Assembly: GCA_043228905.1 (NCBI GenBank)
Contig: JBHGNT010000015.1
Location: 3,968,001-4,032,000, forward strand
Source: Azolla caroliniana
Lineage: Eukaryota > Plantae > Polypodiophyta
Reading direction: 5' to 3'
Length of the DNA: 64,000 bases
Shown: positions 36,601 through 48,000 of the stretch, piece by piece
How the letters are laid out: every line of letters starts with the position of its first letter
How positions within the stretch are numbered: position 1 is the first letter of the stretch
Notes under the pieces: generated by a model
Databases searched by the model: none
What the model was told of the DNA's origin: nothing
Seen by the model: the letters and a program-made list of their open reading frames with translations, nothing else
Made by a program: the position numbers and the translations under genes

Positions 36601-37602
36601 TGTAGGTTATGTCACATAGAGATAGAGGATGAGTATCACTTTACATGCAAGCGTCCAACCTACGCCAAGATAAGGGAAAAATACCAAGACATACTTGGTT
36701 CCTCTCCCACCCTCTCCAAACTATTAGATACTCTAGATATAAAGAAATTAGGCAAATACATTCTAGAACTAAAACAACACAGAGAGAATAAGTTACAAAA
36801 TGTTGACAAAAATGTTGCTAATGTTCACCAACATGTAATGAAAGAAGTTTTTCAGGAACAGGGGGAGACAATGCATGTCCACACACCTGCACCACTTGGC
36901 CTTTCCCTTGATGAGGAAGAAAATCAAAAAAGAACTAAACGTCCTTGGGTGCCGGGTTTCAAAGCAACTCGACGTGGTGCAGAAGCAATAATGAAAATAA
37001 GGGAACGTGAGGTACACCGCCTAGAAACCATGGCTAGGACACTCTCTACATTGGGACCACGGGTCACACCCACACCAAAACCCTTTGACCTCCCACTTCT
37101 TTTCGAGAGGCTTGGGTGGAAATAAAATTAGGCTTAGTGTAAAGTCACTTCCTTTATCGAGTATACCATGTTTTGTACACTACTAGAACCCTTTTAGCTT
37201 AGGTTCTATTTTTACTTTATTTTATTTTAGTTATGATGATTGGATAAATAGTCTCATGGGCCAATTTTGGCCTTAGAAGACGTTAATATATCTTTCTTTC
37301 TTTCTCTCTCACACCCACACACATCTCTAACCTATTCCACTGCACAAGAATCACCATCGATTCTTTACAAAATTATACTCAAACACAAATGGTTGCATGT
37401 TTCGCACACTACTAGAACCCTTTTAGCTTAAGTTCTATTTTTAATTTAATTTAATTTAGTTATGATGATTGGATAAATAGTCTCATGGGCCAATTTTGGC
37501 CTTAGAAGACATTAATATATCTTTCTTTCTTTCTTTCTCTCTCACACCCACACACATCTCTAACCTATTACACTGCACAAGAATCACCATCGATTCTTTA
37601 CA
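33641..37602 (+). mobile_element. Copia-family solo LTR inserted in the tRNA array and split by a LINE
   Basis: 33800-33917 and 37290-37369 match the reverse complement of the Copia LTR at 30636-30928 (GACTATGAGTCTTCA, CCTCCTCATACTTCATA, CTATCTATCTTGTGTT, CGATTCTTTACA). A short AAAATT direct repeat flanks the insertion. Confidence 0.75.
33918..37300 (+). mobile_element. 5'-truncated non-LTR retrotransposon (LINE; RTEX/CR1-L2-like ORF2), degenerate
   Basis: Endonuclease tail, RT motifs DFRKAFDTV, GVKQCCPLSPTLF, YANDIVL, YVYLGVTF, and C-terminal LRISSHQLEIESGR...RICRLCHIEIEDEYHF zinc motif. (TTTC)n tail; several stops. Confidence 0.85.
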
Positions 37603-37628
37603 AAATTATACTCAAACACAAATGGTTG
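37167..37628. repeat. ~230-bp tandem duplication spanning LINE 3' end, LTR end and array flank
   Basis: Copies at 37167-37395 and 37396-37628. Confidence 0.9.
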
Positions 37629-37927
37629 CTGACCATAGGGCTTGAGCCCATGACCACAAGGCTTAGCGTCTTTTCCTCTAACGTAAAACTAACCTAGCTC
37701 GACGCACTCTTTACTTAACTCAACCCTAGATCAATTGCTAAGGCGCCTTCTCTCATTGTGATGCTGCACTTGGAGTCATATAGAATTGACTCATCATTTT
37801 GTTCTAACAAGAATATTAACACCCTCGCGGACAACCATATGATCTGAGGCTTCCCGTCAAGGATTTTCGTGCAAATATTGTTCACTAATCTATAGAAACA
37901 ATAACAATTTACATCGAGACCAATGAT

Positions 37928-38000
37928 TGCCAACCATGGGGCTCGAACCCATGACCACAAGGTTAAGAGCCTTCCGCTCTATCATTTGAGCTAGGCCGGC
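37928..38000 (-). tRNA. tRNA-Lys(CTT)-like array copy, the best preserved
   Basis: GCCGGCCTAGCTCAAATGATAGAGCGGAAGG-CTCTTAA-CCTTGTGGTCATGGGTTCGAGCCCCATGGTTGGCA. D and T stems intact; D-loop GG>GA and one anticodon-stem mismatch. Confidence 0.65.
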
Positions 38001-38621
38001 TCCATGTGCTTTTCATTAAGGTGTATTTATTGGGAGTGGACCAAACATTTTACTTTCACAATAGGAGTAAGTGCCCTGCACACCACCGTTGAATTTAGTG
38101 TGCGATTGATTACAACTCGAAGTATTTTCACGGGTATAGGGATTTGGTAATATTTTAGTTAGAGGCTATTCCGATCTTCCATCGAAGGTACGTCGCCGCT
38201 TTGTAGCTCTGACAAAGCACTGCTATTCATCTAAAGGTAACTCATAATTTTGCTATGAAAAGAATATTAAGCGGATTTTGTATGACCATATGGGCTCGAT
38301 GTTTTGGTGAAGTACATTCATGTATCTTTTGTTGATTGATACCAAAAAGCTTAGCGCCTTTTCCTCTACCGTAAACCTAACCCGGCTCCACGCGCTCCTT
38401 ACTTAACTCAACCCCAGAACAGTTGCGATCTTTCAATGATGATCATGCGCCTTCTCTCACTGTGATGACGTACTTGGAATTATCTAAAATTGACTCATCA
38501 TTTTTTTCTAACAAGAATACTAAGACCCTCGCAAACAACGATATGATCTGAGGCTTTCCGTCAAAGACTTTCATGTAAATATTGTTCACTATGAGAAACA
38601 TTTTACTACGAGACCAATGTT

Positions 38622-38694
38622 CGCCAAACATGGGGTTCGAACCCATGACCACATGGTCAAGACCCTTGGGCTCTACCATCTAACCTAGGTCGGC
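38622..38694 (-). pseudogene. tRNA-Lys-derived array copy, decayed
   Basis: Collinear 73 nt; B-box GGTTCGAACCC retained; D and anticodon arms mutated. Confidence 0.7.
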
Positions 38695-39541
38695 TCTATG
38701 TGTTCACTAACGTATATTTATTAGGAGTGGACCAAACGTTTTACTTTGACAATAGGAGTAATCACCCTGCACACCACTGTTGAATTTAGTGTGCGGCTTA
38801 TTACAACTCGAAGCATTTTCACGGGTATAGGAATTTGTGGAAATTTTCGTTAGAGGCTATTCCGATCTTCCATGGAAGGTACGATGTCGTTTCGTAGCTC
38901 TGATCAAGCACTTCTAGTCATCTAAAGGTAACTGATAATATTTGTATGAAAAAAATATTAACCAGTTTCCATACGGCCATATGAGCTCGATGTTTTGGTC
39001 AAGCACATTAATGTATGTTTCATTGATTGATAAAAAAATTATGCTCAAACACAAATGGTTGCTGACCATAGGGCTGTAGCCCTTGACCAGAAGGTTTAGC
39101 GCCTTTTCCTCTATCGTAAACCTAACCCGTCTCCCCACGCTCTTTACTTAACTAAACCCCATAACAATTGCGATCTTCCGTTGATGTTTCGTTGATTGAA
39201 AAAAAAATTATGCTCAAACACAAATGGTTGCTGACCATAGGGCTCTAGCCCTTGACCTGAAGGTTTAGCGCCTTTTCCTCTATTGTAAACCTAACCCGTC
39301 TCCACGCGCTCTTTACTTAACTAAACCCCATAACAATTGCGATCTTCCGTTGATGGTAAGGCGCCTTCTCTCACTGTAATGATGCACTTGGAGTCATCTA
39401 GTGTTGACTCATCATTTTTTTCTAGCAAGAATATTAACAGCCTCGCGGACAACCATATGATCTGAGGCGTGCCGCTAAGGACTTTCGTGCAGATATTCTT
39501 CACTAATAGAAACAATAACATTTTTTTTCGAGACCAATGAT

Positions 39542-39614
39542 CTCTGACCATGGGGCTCGAACCGATGACCACAATGTTTTGAGCCTTGTGCTGTACCATA
39601 TGAGCTTGGATGGC
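39542..39614 (-). pseudogene. tRNA-Lys-derived array copy, decayed
   Basis: Collinear 73 nt; anticodon loop mutated to CTCAAAA. Confidence 0.7.
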
Positions 39615-39999
39615 TCCATGTGCTTTTCCCTAAGGTGTATTTATTGGGATAAGAGCAAACGTTTTAATTTGACAATAGGAGTAAGGGCCTTTTGCACACC
39701 ACCATTGAATTTAGTGTGCGACATAATACAACTCGAAGCATTTTCATGGGTATAGGGATTTGTTGAAATTTTAGTTAGAGGTTATTCTGATCTTCCATGG
39801 AAAGTTCGCCGCCGCTTCATAGCTCCGATGAAGCACTTCTAGTCATCTAAAGGTAACTGAGAATTTTGCTATCAAAAGAATATTAAGCGCCTTCCAACGG
39901 CTATATGACCTCAATGTTTTGGTCAAGCATATTCATGTATCTTTCGTTTATTGATAAGAAATTATACTCAAACACAAATGGTTGCTGACCATAGGGCAT

Positions 40000-41208
40000 G
40001 AGTCTCATACCACCGCCGTGGCGTTGTGTCGTACATGGTGCTGGCGCACTCACTACAAGAGTTGACCCACCATGAAACAGAGTCTCGACGTAGTGAAAAT
40101 ATGATCAAATGAGGGTAGCTAGGTCTCATATTTATAACGATACCCAAGGCCCCCAAGCAAGTTCAAACTTGGCCTAATGGGTTGTCTCAATCCCGAGGAT
40201 TAAAAGTAATCTTCCGCTTCTTTACACTCTCATTTAACCGTCACACTTATCCATGTGTATAAAATACTATGGTAAATTCTCACCACGGGATATTATATGG
40301 TCATGCCCGTAACATACTCTCCCCCTCTTGAAAACATTGCACTCTTGCAATGGAAAGTTAGGGAAGTTAGTTCTAAGAGTATTTTCGCATTCCATGTGGC
40401 ATCTTTGATAGATTTATCCATCCATTTAATTTTAAATTCTCGGATTATTTTAGTACACAGATTTTTTGTTTTAACATCGAGAATTCTTTCTGGTACATTT
40501 GGTTTAGAAGATAATTCTTTAGAAGTAACTAGAGTTTCAGTTGTAACTGTATTGTCTCTAGAACCTAGAAGTTCTTTTAGACGACTTACATGAAAACTGG
40601 ATGAATTTCAACGTCATCGGGAAGAGCGAGAGGATAAGTTGATGAACCAATGCGTTTGAGGACTTGAAAAGGTCCACAAAACCGTGGGGCTAACTTAGCG
40701 CGTTTACCCGTAGACAATGTCTTATAATTGTGAGTTACACGTAAAAATACCTTCTGTTTAGGGTTGAATACACGAGGTTGCCTATTATGATCGGTGTAAA
40801 AACGCACTCTATCTTGGGCTGTTTTTATATTATCTCATGCAATATGAAACATATCTTGAAAGAAAGTTTTGTGTACTTCGCAACTCATCATGATGTATAT
40901 TAACATCAATCCGGGCTCGTGTCTAAAAACCATACATCAACATAAAAGGACTATATCCCGTCGACGTATGCTTGGAGTTGTTATAAGTAAACTCCAAAAT
41001 TGGGAGATAACATTGCCATTTTGTTGGCTTTGCACCAAGGTATGCTCGAAGCATGTCCTCAATAATTTGATTTACTCGTTTTGTCTGTCCATCGGATTGA
41101 GGATGATCCATGGAGCTCATGCTCAACGTAGTTTCTAACTTCTTAAAAACTTGCGTCCAGAAATCACTAGTAAACATTGGATCTCGATCACTCACGATAT
41201 CCATCGAT
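40000..41208 (-). mobile_element. Chromovirus 3' portion (element A): integrase C-terminus, chromodomain, PPT, 3' LTR
   Basis: IVSDRDP..TS.FW...HPQSDGQTKRVNQ; KLAPRFCGPF; chromodomain PERILD...FKIKW...DATW. PPT AAGAGGGGGAGAGTA then LTR start TGTTACG at 40314. The distal LTR end is approximate. Confidence 0.85.
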
Positions 41209-43582
41209 TGTGATAGACATGATGGAATGTCAGGGGTTGAACCCATGACCTCTTGGTCTTATTGGGCATCCTTACCAATTGAACTACATTCCATCTATAC
41301 ATTATTGTAGTGTATAAGTTTCAACTTATTACATTGTAACTTAATCACTAGAACTTTCAAGAAACTTCTAGAGAATGCATGGGCATGCACTCTCTAGAAG
41401 TTTCCATGCATTCTCTACATGTTTCCTAGCTTACATGCATTCTTGTATAAATACTTCGATGCACCTTGATTACAATCAAGGTGAACAACACCAGTTACAT
41501 AAGCATACTTTAGTTCTTGCTCTTTTGTCTACCCTCCCTCTCTCTTGTTCTCTTCTCTATGATCCTCTCTATCTATATATCTATCTTTCTCTCTTTGTTA
41601 ATATTGAGCTCGTCTACTTGTCCTTGCCCTCGTCTACGTCCGTGATAGTTTGTTCACCTTGCCTTCTTGTTACCATGTCCGACTCGGCCTTAAACCAAGT
41701 AATGGCAGCCTTGGAGCAACTTCAATTAGAAAATGAAAGCCGTCGTCAGTCATTGTGAGAGCTTCAAAATAACACAACCAACAATCCTTCACCCGTTGAG
41801 CCTCACCTTCCGTCAGCATCTAACCCAACCCCTTCCTCTTCCCATTCATATGTCCTCGAACCTAACGTTAGCCTACCTGACAAATTCAACGGCTTGAGGG
41901 CGCATCTTCGTGGCTTCATCAATCAAATTCGGCTTATCATCCGCTTACAACCCCAATGTTATGCTAGTGATTTCTCTCGGGTCGGCCTCGTTGGCAGCCT
42001 TCTCTCTGGGCCGGCACAAGTGTGGTTTGCACCATTGATCGAGACCTCATCACCCCTCCTAGACAACTTTCCTGCCTTCCTTGTGGACCTTGAAGCCATA
42101 TTCGGAGAGACAGATCGGCGACGAACGACACTCATGAAACTCTATTCCTTACAACAAGGCTCTCGTCCAGCTTCTGTTTATGCTTTAGAGTTTCGTCAGA
42201 TCGCGTGTGATGTCAGCTGGGATGAGCAAGATTTATGCGACCAGTTTCATCGAGGCCTCCAAAATGATATCAAGACTCTCCTCTTAAACTTTTTGGAGCC
42301 CACATCATTGTCCCAGGTAATCTCCATGCCGTTCAATGTGATAATCGTCTTTTTGAGCTTCAACAAGAGGAACGGGGGACTCAAGGCTTTCCATTTTCCT
42401 CCCGCAATGCTCCACTCACAAGGCCATATATATCAGTTTCGCCAAGCACGGCACGACTCCCATCTTCCAATAGTGCTCATACCCCGATGGAGATCGATCC
42501 CCATATGCCAATGGAGATCGACCATGCTCGGTTCCAACCATTAACCGATGCCCAATGACAACATCAACGTGATAATGGTCTCTGCCTCTATTGTGGTACC
42601 CCTAGCCATGCCATCCGCCACTACCCGATGCACGATCCTCGTTATCAATCCCACCGTGCACGTCTTGCATAGGTTTCTAGACAACAAGAAAACGATCGTG
42701 CACATATTGCGGAGGTTTCTGGACAACAGGAAAACGAGCAAGTCTGGCTACAATAGGAGCTATGCCGTTGGACACTTTCCGTCACCCTAGTTCTTTGTGC
42801 TCCTACAATTCAGTCACACCAATAGGAGGTTTTACTTTGCAAGTAAGTCTTTGTTTTGGGTCTATTTCAATAAAATCCCATGCCTTGCTCGATTTTGGTG
42901 CATCTACTTGTTTCATGGATATCGCGTTCATCCGAGCACCTAAAATCCCAACTGTCCACACAACACAACCCATATCCGTTGAAGCTATCGACAGACGGGT
43001 TCTCTCTTCAGGGGCGGTTACCGAAGCCACTGTCCTGTTGGTATTTCAAGTCGGGTTCCACAGGAGGTATTAACATTCTACCTCATTGCAACCCCTCGTC
43101 ATCCAATTGTTTTAGGGCTCTCCTAGTTGGAAACACACAATCCGATGATGGATTGGTGTAGCCGCTCCATCACTTTTTCACAAACACCAGCACAGGCCCT
43201 TTCCACAAATACTGTTACTTGTGTGGGGGTTGCTTTCAGCTTGGGTGCACATTCTTCTCATTTCAACTCAGTCTCCGACTTTGCTGATTCTGTTGTGGTC
43301 GATTTTAGCATGGACACTTCCGTGCCCGTTATGTCATAGGACGTCCCTACTCTTGTCACCAATTTGCCCGCAAGATATAGTGATTTTTTGGACGTGTTCG
43401 AAAAGCGAAATGCAGACCGGTTGCCAGCACATCACCTGTCATGAGATGGCAAGACTCGAACCCATGACCTTATGGTATATGGGTCGAGCTCTTGACCATC
43501 TCACCATCTATTGTAATTCATAGAATATTATTTTCATTTATGTTTTATTATAAGAAAGTAATGTATATTCCAGATTTCTCTG

Positions 43583-43628
43583 GAACATTCTAGAAGCTTC
43601 AGGATTATTCCTGAGAACACTATAAAAG
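43583..43628 (+). promoter_or_regulatory. Heat shock element array and TATA box in the element C LTR
   Basis: GAAcaTTCtaGAAgcTTCagGAtTaTTCctGAg (nGAAn/nTTCn in 5-bp register), then TATAAAAG at 43621. Confidence 0.8.
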
Positions 43629-43936
43629 AAGGCACTAAGCATTATGTTGAACCAAATTGGTTCAACACCAGTCTTAAGCCTCTTAGTCGATTTGTACTTA
43701 TCTTTCATATAATATAAGAGCTGCTGTCATCATCCTATTTCCCTCTCTCTCTCTCCTCTTCTCACTTCCTCTCTCTCGGGAATCTTACGCAGTCCCGTCC
43801 TCTTAGTACTAATAGTACTACTCTTCTTAGTACTACTTCCATCTCTGTTTTAGTACTATTCCTGACAGTTTGAACCAATTTTTTCCTCTAGCCTACTTGT
43901 CACTCTCCCTCATCCTCCTACCCTTTCCCCTATACT

Positions 43937-45094
43937 ATGGCTACTGTTAGCGCCCAAGAGTACCAATCCGTTTTCTCCGAGCTACAGTGCCTAAAAGAAA
44001 AGTTTGTTGCCTTGGAACAAGAAAACCAACGGCTGATAGGGGATCTGCAACAAATCGCTCTAGAAAAACAACAAACGCAACAACAACATGGGGAGTTAGC
44101 GTTACGGGTACAACAACTCGAAGCAGCGTTGCAACAACAAGGATCCAGTCCTCAAGGATTTCATAAAGAGCCCAAGATTGGACTTCCTGTGAAATTTGAT
44201 GGAACGCGTTCGCAATTTCGGGGATTCCTTAATCAGGTACGCTTAGTCATCCAGATGCATCCTTCCCGATATCCCACTGATGCATCTCGAGTCGGCCTAA
44301 TAGGCACGCTACTTAGCGGCTCAGCCTTGGCATGGTTCGCTCCGCTTTTAGAAAAACAATCGCCCTTGCTTAATAACTTTGAAGATTTTATTGGTGAGTT
44401 TAAAGCCTGCTTTGGAGACACCGACAGCATCAGGACGGCGATCAACAAGATCCGGCGATTGCGTCAAGGCGATCGTCCAGCCTCTGCCTACGCGGCGGAT
44501 TTCCGCCTACTTGCTTCAGATATACCTTGGGATGATCAAGCACTAATGGAGCAGTTTCGCTATGGCTTGCGAAACGATGTCAAAGATCTACTTCTAACTT
44601 TCCCCGAAGAACCAAAGTCTCTTACGGAGGCAATCAGTCGAGCAGTTCGATGTGACAACCGCCTTTTTGAACGGCGTTCAGAACATCAATTACAGATACC
44701 ACGCTCTAGGCCAGAGCCCACTTACGCCGCAGTCGCGGCTAAACCGTTTGCACGAGACATACCTCAAGCAAATACTTCGACACCGATGGAGATCGATACC
44801 ATGCGTCGACGCGGCCCGTTATCGGAAGAAGAAAAGCAACGACGACGTGCCAATCGATTATGCCTTTATTGCGGTGGACCAGGACATATCGCCATCAATT
44901 GTCCCCATAGGCCAAGAAGACAGGTAAATCAAATCGTCGCCTGTACTAAACCTGAGTCAATTCTTCCCTTCGGAGTGTCTGATAGTAGTAATAGTACTAA
45001 TAGAGTGACAGATAGTATTCATAGTACTAATAGCCCAAGTATCTCAAATAAATTTGAAATCCTTAGTCAATTAGATGAAGAGTTAAACGATTGA
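43937..45094 (+). CDS. gag: Gag (385 aa): coiled coil, capsid domain, CCHC zinc knuckle
   Basis: P.KFDG.R...RGFL, LRQG...[11 protein letters not shown]...[16 protein letters not shown]. Confidence 0.95.
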   Translation: MATVSAQEYQSVFSELQCLKEKFVALEQENQRLIGDLQQIALEKQQTQQQHGELALRVQQLEAALQQQGSSPQGFHKEPKIGLPVKFDGTRSQFRGFLNQVRLVIQMHPSRYPTDASRVGLIGTLLSGSALAWFAPLLEKQSPLLNNFEDFIGEFKACFGDTDSIRTAINKIRRLRQGDRPASAYAADFRLLASDIPWDDQALMEQFRYGLRNDVKDLLLTFPEEPKSLTEAISRAVRCDNRLFERRSEHQLQIPRSRPEPTYAAVAAKPFARDIPQANTSTPMEIDTMRRRGPLSEEEKQRRRANRLCLYCGGPGHIAINCPHRPRRQVNQIVACTKPESILPFGVSDSSNSTNRVTDSIHSTNSPSISNKFEILSQLDEELND

Positions 45095-48000
45095 GTCCAG
45101 CCAAAATAGGAGCCATTTGGTTGGACAGCAACCCTAGATCTGTACAGCCCATTAGTGGTTCCATTTCTTCCAAGCAAATTAGCAATGTGTTCCTAGCCCA
45201 AGTCATTGTTAGTACTAAAAGTACTCCCCCAGTACCCGTCCTAGCACTTTTAGATTCCGGAGCTAATTCCTGTTTCATGGATCGAAATTTTGCCCAAGCT
45301 TCTCAGATATCCTTAAGAAAACTTCCTTGTCCCGCATCTGTAGTGGTCATTGATGGTCGTCCCATTGCTTCCGGGAATATTGTAGAAGAATCAGAACCCA
45401 TTCAAGTTGTCCTAGGTAGTTTTGTGTGTATAATATCATTTAATATAATTAGTAGTCCAGAGCATCCCATTGTCCTAGGATTACCTTGGCTTGAGTTACA
45501 TAATCCAGCCATAGATTGGAGAACAAGAGAAGTCCGATATCGACCACCCCAAGAATCAACTCGCCGAGTTTCGACCATTTCACTCCATCAACTACGCGAA
45601 GAAGGACCCAAGGATGCAATGTTCCTATTTTCCATATCAGTACATCCTTCCAGCACTATTAAGAAGGACTCCTCAGTACAACTTCCGGCAAAATATCATC
45701 CTTATGCCGATGTATTTGACAAGGTAAAAGCCGGTACCCTTCCTCATCACCGTCCCTATGACTGTCCCATCGATTTACAACCAGGAACCGAGCCACCATG
45801 GGGACCAATTTACAACCTGTCACCCACCGAGTTAGAAGTCCTTCGAGCCTACATAGAGGAGAACTTGGCAAGCGGGTTCATCCGTCATTCAAAATCTCCG
45901 GCCGGTGCACCCATCTTCTTTGTCAAGAAGAAAGATGGCTCACTTCGTCTTGTCGTTGATTACCGCGGATTAAATAAAGTCACCATCCGGAATAGGTATG
46001 CACTTCCTCTTATATCAAGTCTTTTAGAGCGAGTTAATGGTGCCAAGTTTTTTACTAAAATCGACCTACGCGGAGCGTATAATCTCGTGCGGATCCGACC
46101 GGGAGATGAGTGGAAGACCGCTTTTCGCACGCGGTATGGGCATTTTGAGTATACTGTTATGCCGTTTGGCCTAACCAATGCACCCGCAGTCTTCCAACAC
46201 ATGGCAAATGATATATTCAGAGACCTCTTGGATATCTGTTTGATCATTTATCTGGATGATCTGTTGATTTATTCGAAGACCCAGGAAGAGCACGACTCTC
46301 ATGTACTATTAGTACTAAAGCGACTCCGCGAGAATGGTCTTTATGCCAAGCTAGAAAAATGTAGCTTTGACTGCAAGCAAGTGGAATTTCTAGGCTACGT
46401 CATCTCCTCAAAGGGCATCGCCATGGATCCAGCTAAGATCCAAACTGTACTAGAGTGGCAAATTCCACGGTCGGTACGAGATGTACAATGTTTTCTAGGT
46501 TTTGCTAACTTCTACCGTAAGTTTATACAGGATTACTCGAAGATTATTTTACCTCTCACACAACTTACGAAGAAGGGCCAAGCATTTCTTTGGTCCATTG
46601 AAGCAGATATGGCTTTTCGGCATCTTAAGAAAGCCTTTACATCAGCACCGATTCTAGCTCATGTGGATACAAGCAAACCATTCATCATGGAGGCCGACGC
46701 ATCAGATTTCGCCCTCGGTAGCATCCTTTCTCAACAAGGTGATAAAGAAGAGTTGCATCCGGTGGCTTTCCATTCGCGCAAATTCGATGTCGCAGAAATC
46801 AACTACGAAATACATGACAAGGAGTTATTAGCCATCGTGGATTCATTTGTACAATGGCGGCATTTCTTAGAGGGCTCTCCACATCAGGTCATTGTCTTCA
46901 GCGATCATAAAAATCTTGCTTATTTTCAGAACGCTCGCGTACTAAATCGACGGCAAGCTCGGTGGGCGCAATTCCTCACGCGTTTTGACTTCAAAATCAC
47001 ATATCGACCGGGGAAGCAGCAAGGAAAAGCAGATGCACTATCACGACGTTCATATCTTGCACCTCGTCCTGGTGAAGCAACATTTGATAATCAAAAGCAA
47101 GTAATCTTGGGACCAACACGATTGCACACGACGCGGATTTTTCACATCCCGATGGATTCACGGATTACCGATGACATACGTGCAACCTTGAAGACGGATA
47201 GTTTTGCTCAAGACATCCTGGCGCACATTGATACTTCTCGGGCATCCTGTTCTCAGTCTCAACAACCAGGTATTGACTACCGACAATTCGAATATCATGA
47301 TGGTTTGTTATTCTTTAAAAAGCGCGTATATGTCCCCGATTGCTCCTGTCGCCTTCAAATTGTCCAACATTGTCACGACACCCATACGGCGGGACATTTC
47401 GGTAGTACTAAGACGTTGGAGCTAGTGCAGCGATCTTTTTGGTGGCCCCACATGCGCCGTTTTGTCGACGACTACGTTCGGACCTGTGATGCTTGCTGCC
47501 GAGCAAAGATGCCACGACACCATCCATATGGCTTGTTGGAACCTTTACCAATTCCAAGTAAGCCATGGCAGTCTATTTGTCTTGATTTTATCACAGATCT
47601 GCCGGTCTCGAAAGGGTTCGATGCTATCCTAACCGTCGTCGATCGATATACGAAGATGGCACATTTTGTGCCATGTACTAAAGCCATCACTAGCGAGGAA
47701 ACCGCCGCTCTTGTTATGCGTGAGGTTTTTCGACATCATGGCCTCCCAGACAGTATTATCAGTGACCGAGGCCCGCAATTTGTCTCCAAATTTTGGCAGC
47801 ATCTCTTCAAGATGCTCAAGGTCTCCTGCAACCTCTCCTCCGGCTACCATCCTCAGACCGACGGACAGGCGGAACGAACAAACCAAACGCTGGAGCAATA
47901 TCTCCGGTGTTTCCTGAGTTATCAACAGGACGATTGGGCCGAGATTCTCCACTTTGCGGAGTTTGCGTATAATAATGCTATTCACTCCTCGACTCGGGTC

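Larger units (their letters stand above)
30928..39997 (-). repeat. Tandem array of ~750-bp units, each with a tRNA-Lys(CTT)-derived gene (type A) and a degenerate paralogue (type B); interrupted at 33641-37602
   Basis: Anchor TTTGCTATGAAAAGAATATTAAG recurs at about 31001, 31735, 32488, 33543, 38249, 38941 and 39865. Type A copies start at 31416, 32168, 33222, 37928, 38622 and 39542. Confidence 0.92.

Noticed and set aside
31005-39755. Similar short ORFs (e.g. 31005-31295, 32967-33254, 37715-37960, 39321-39599) as a peptide gene family
   Set aside because: They are chance translations of the satellite monomer; frames and stops differ between copies.
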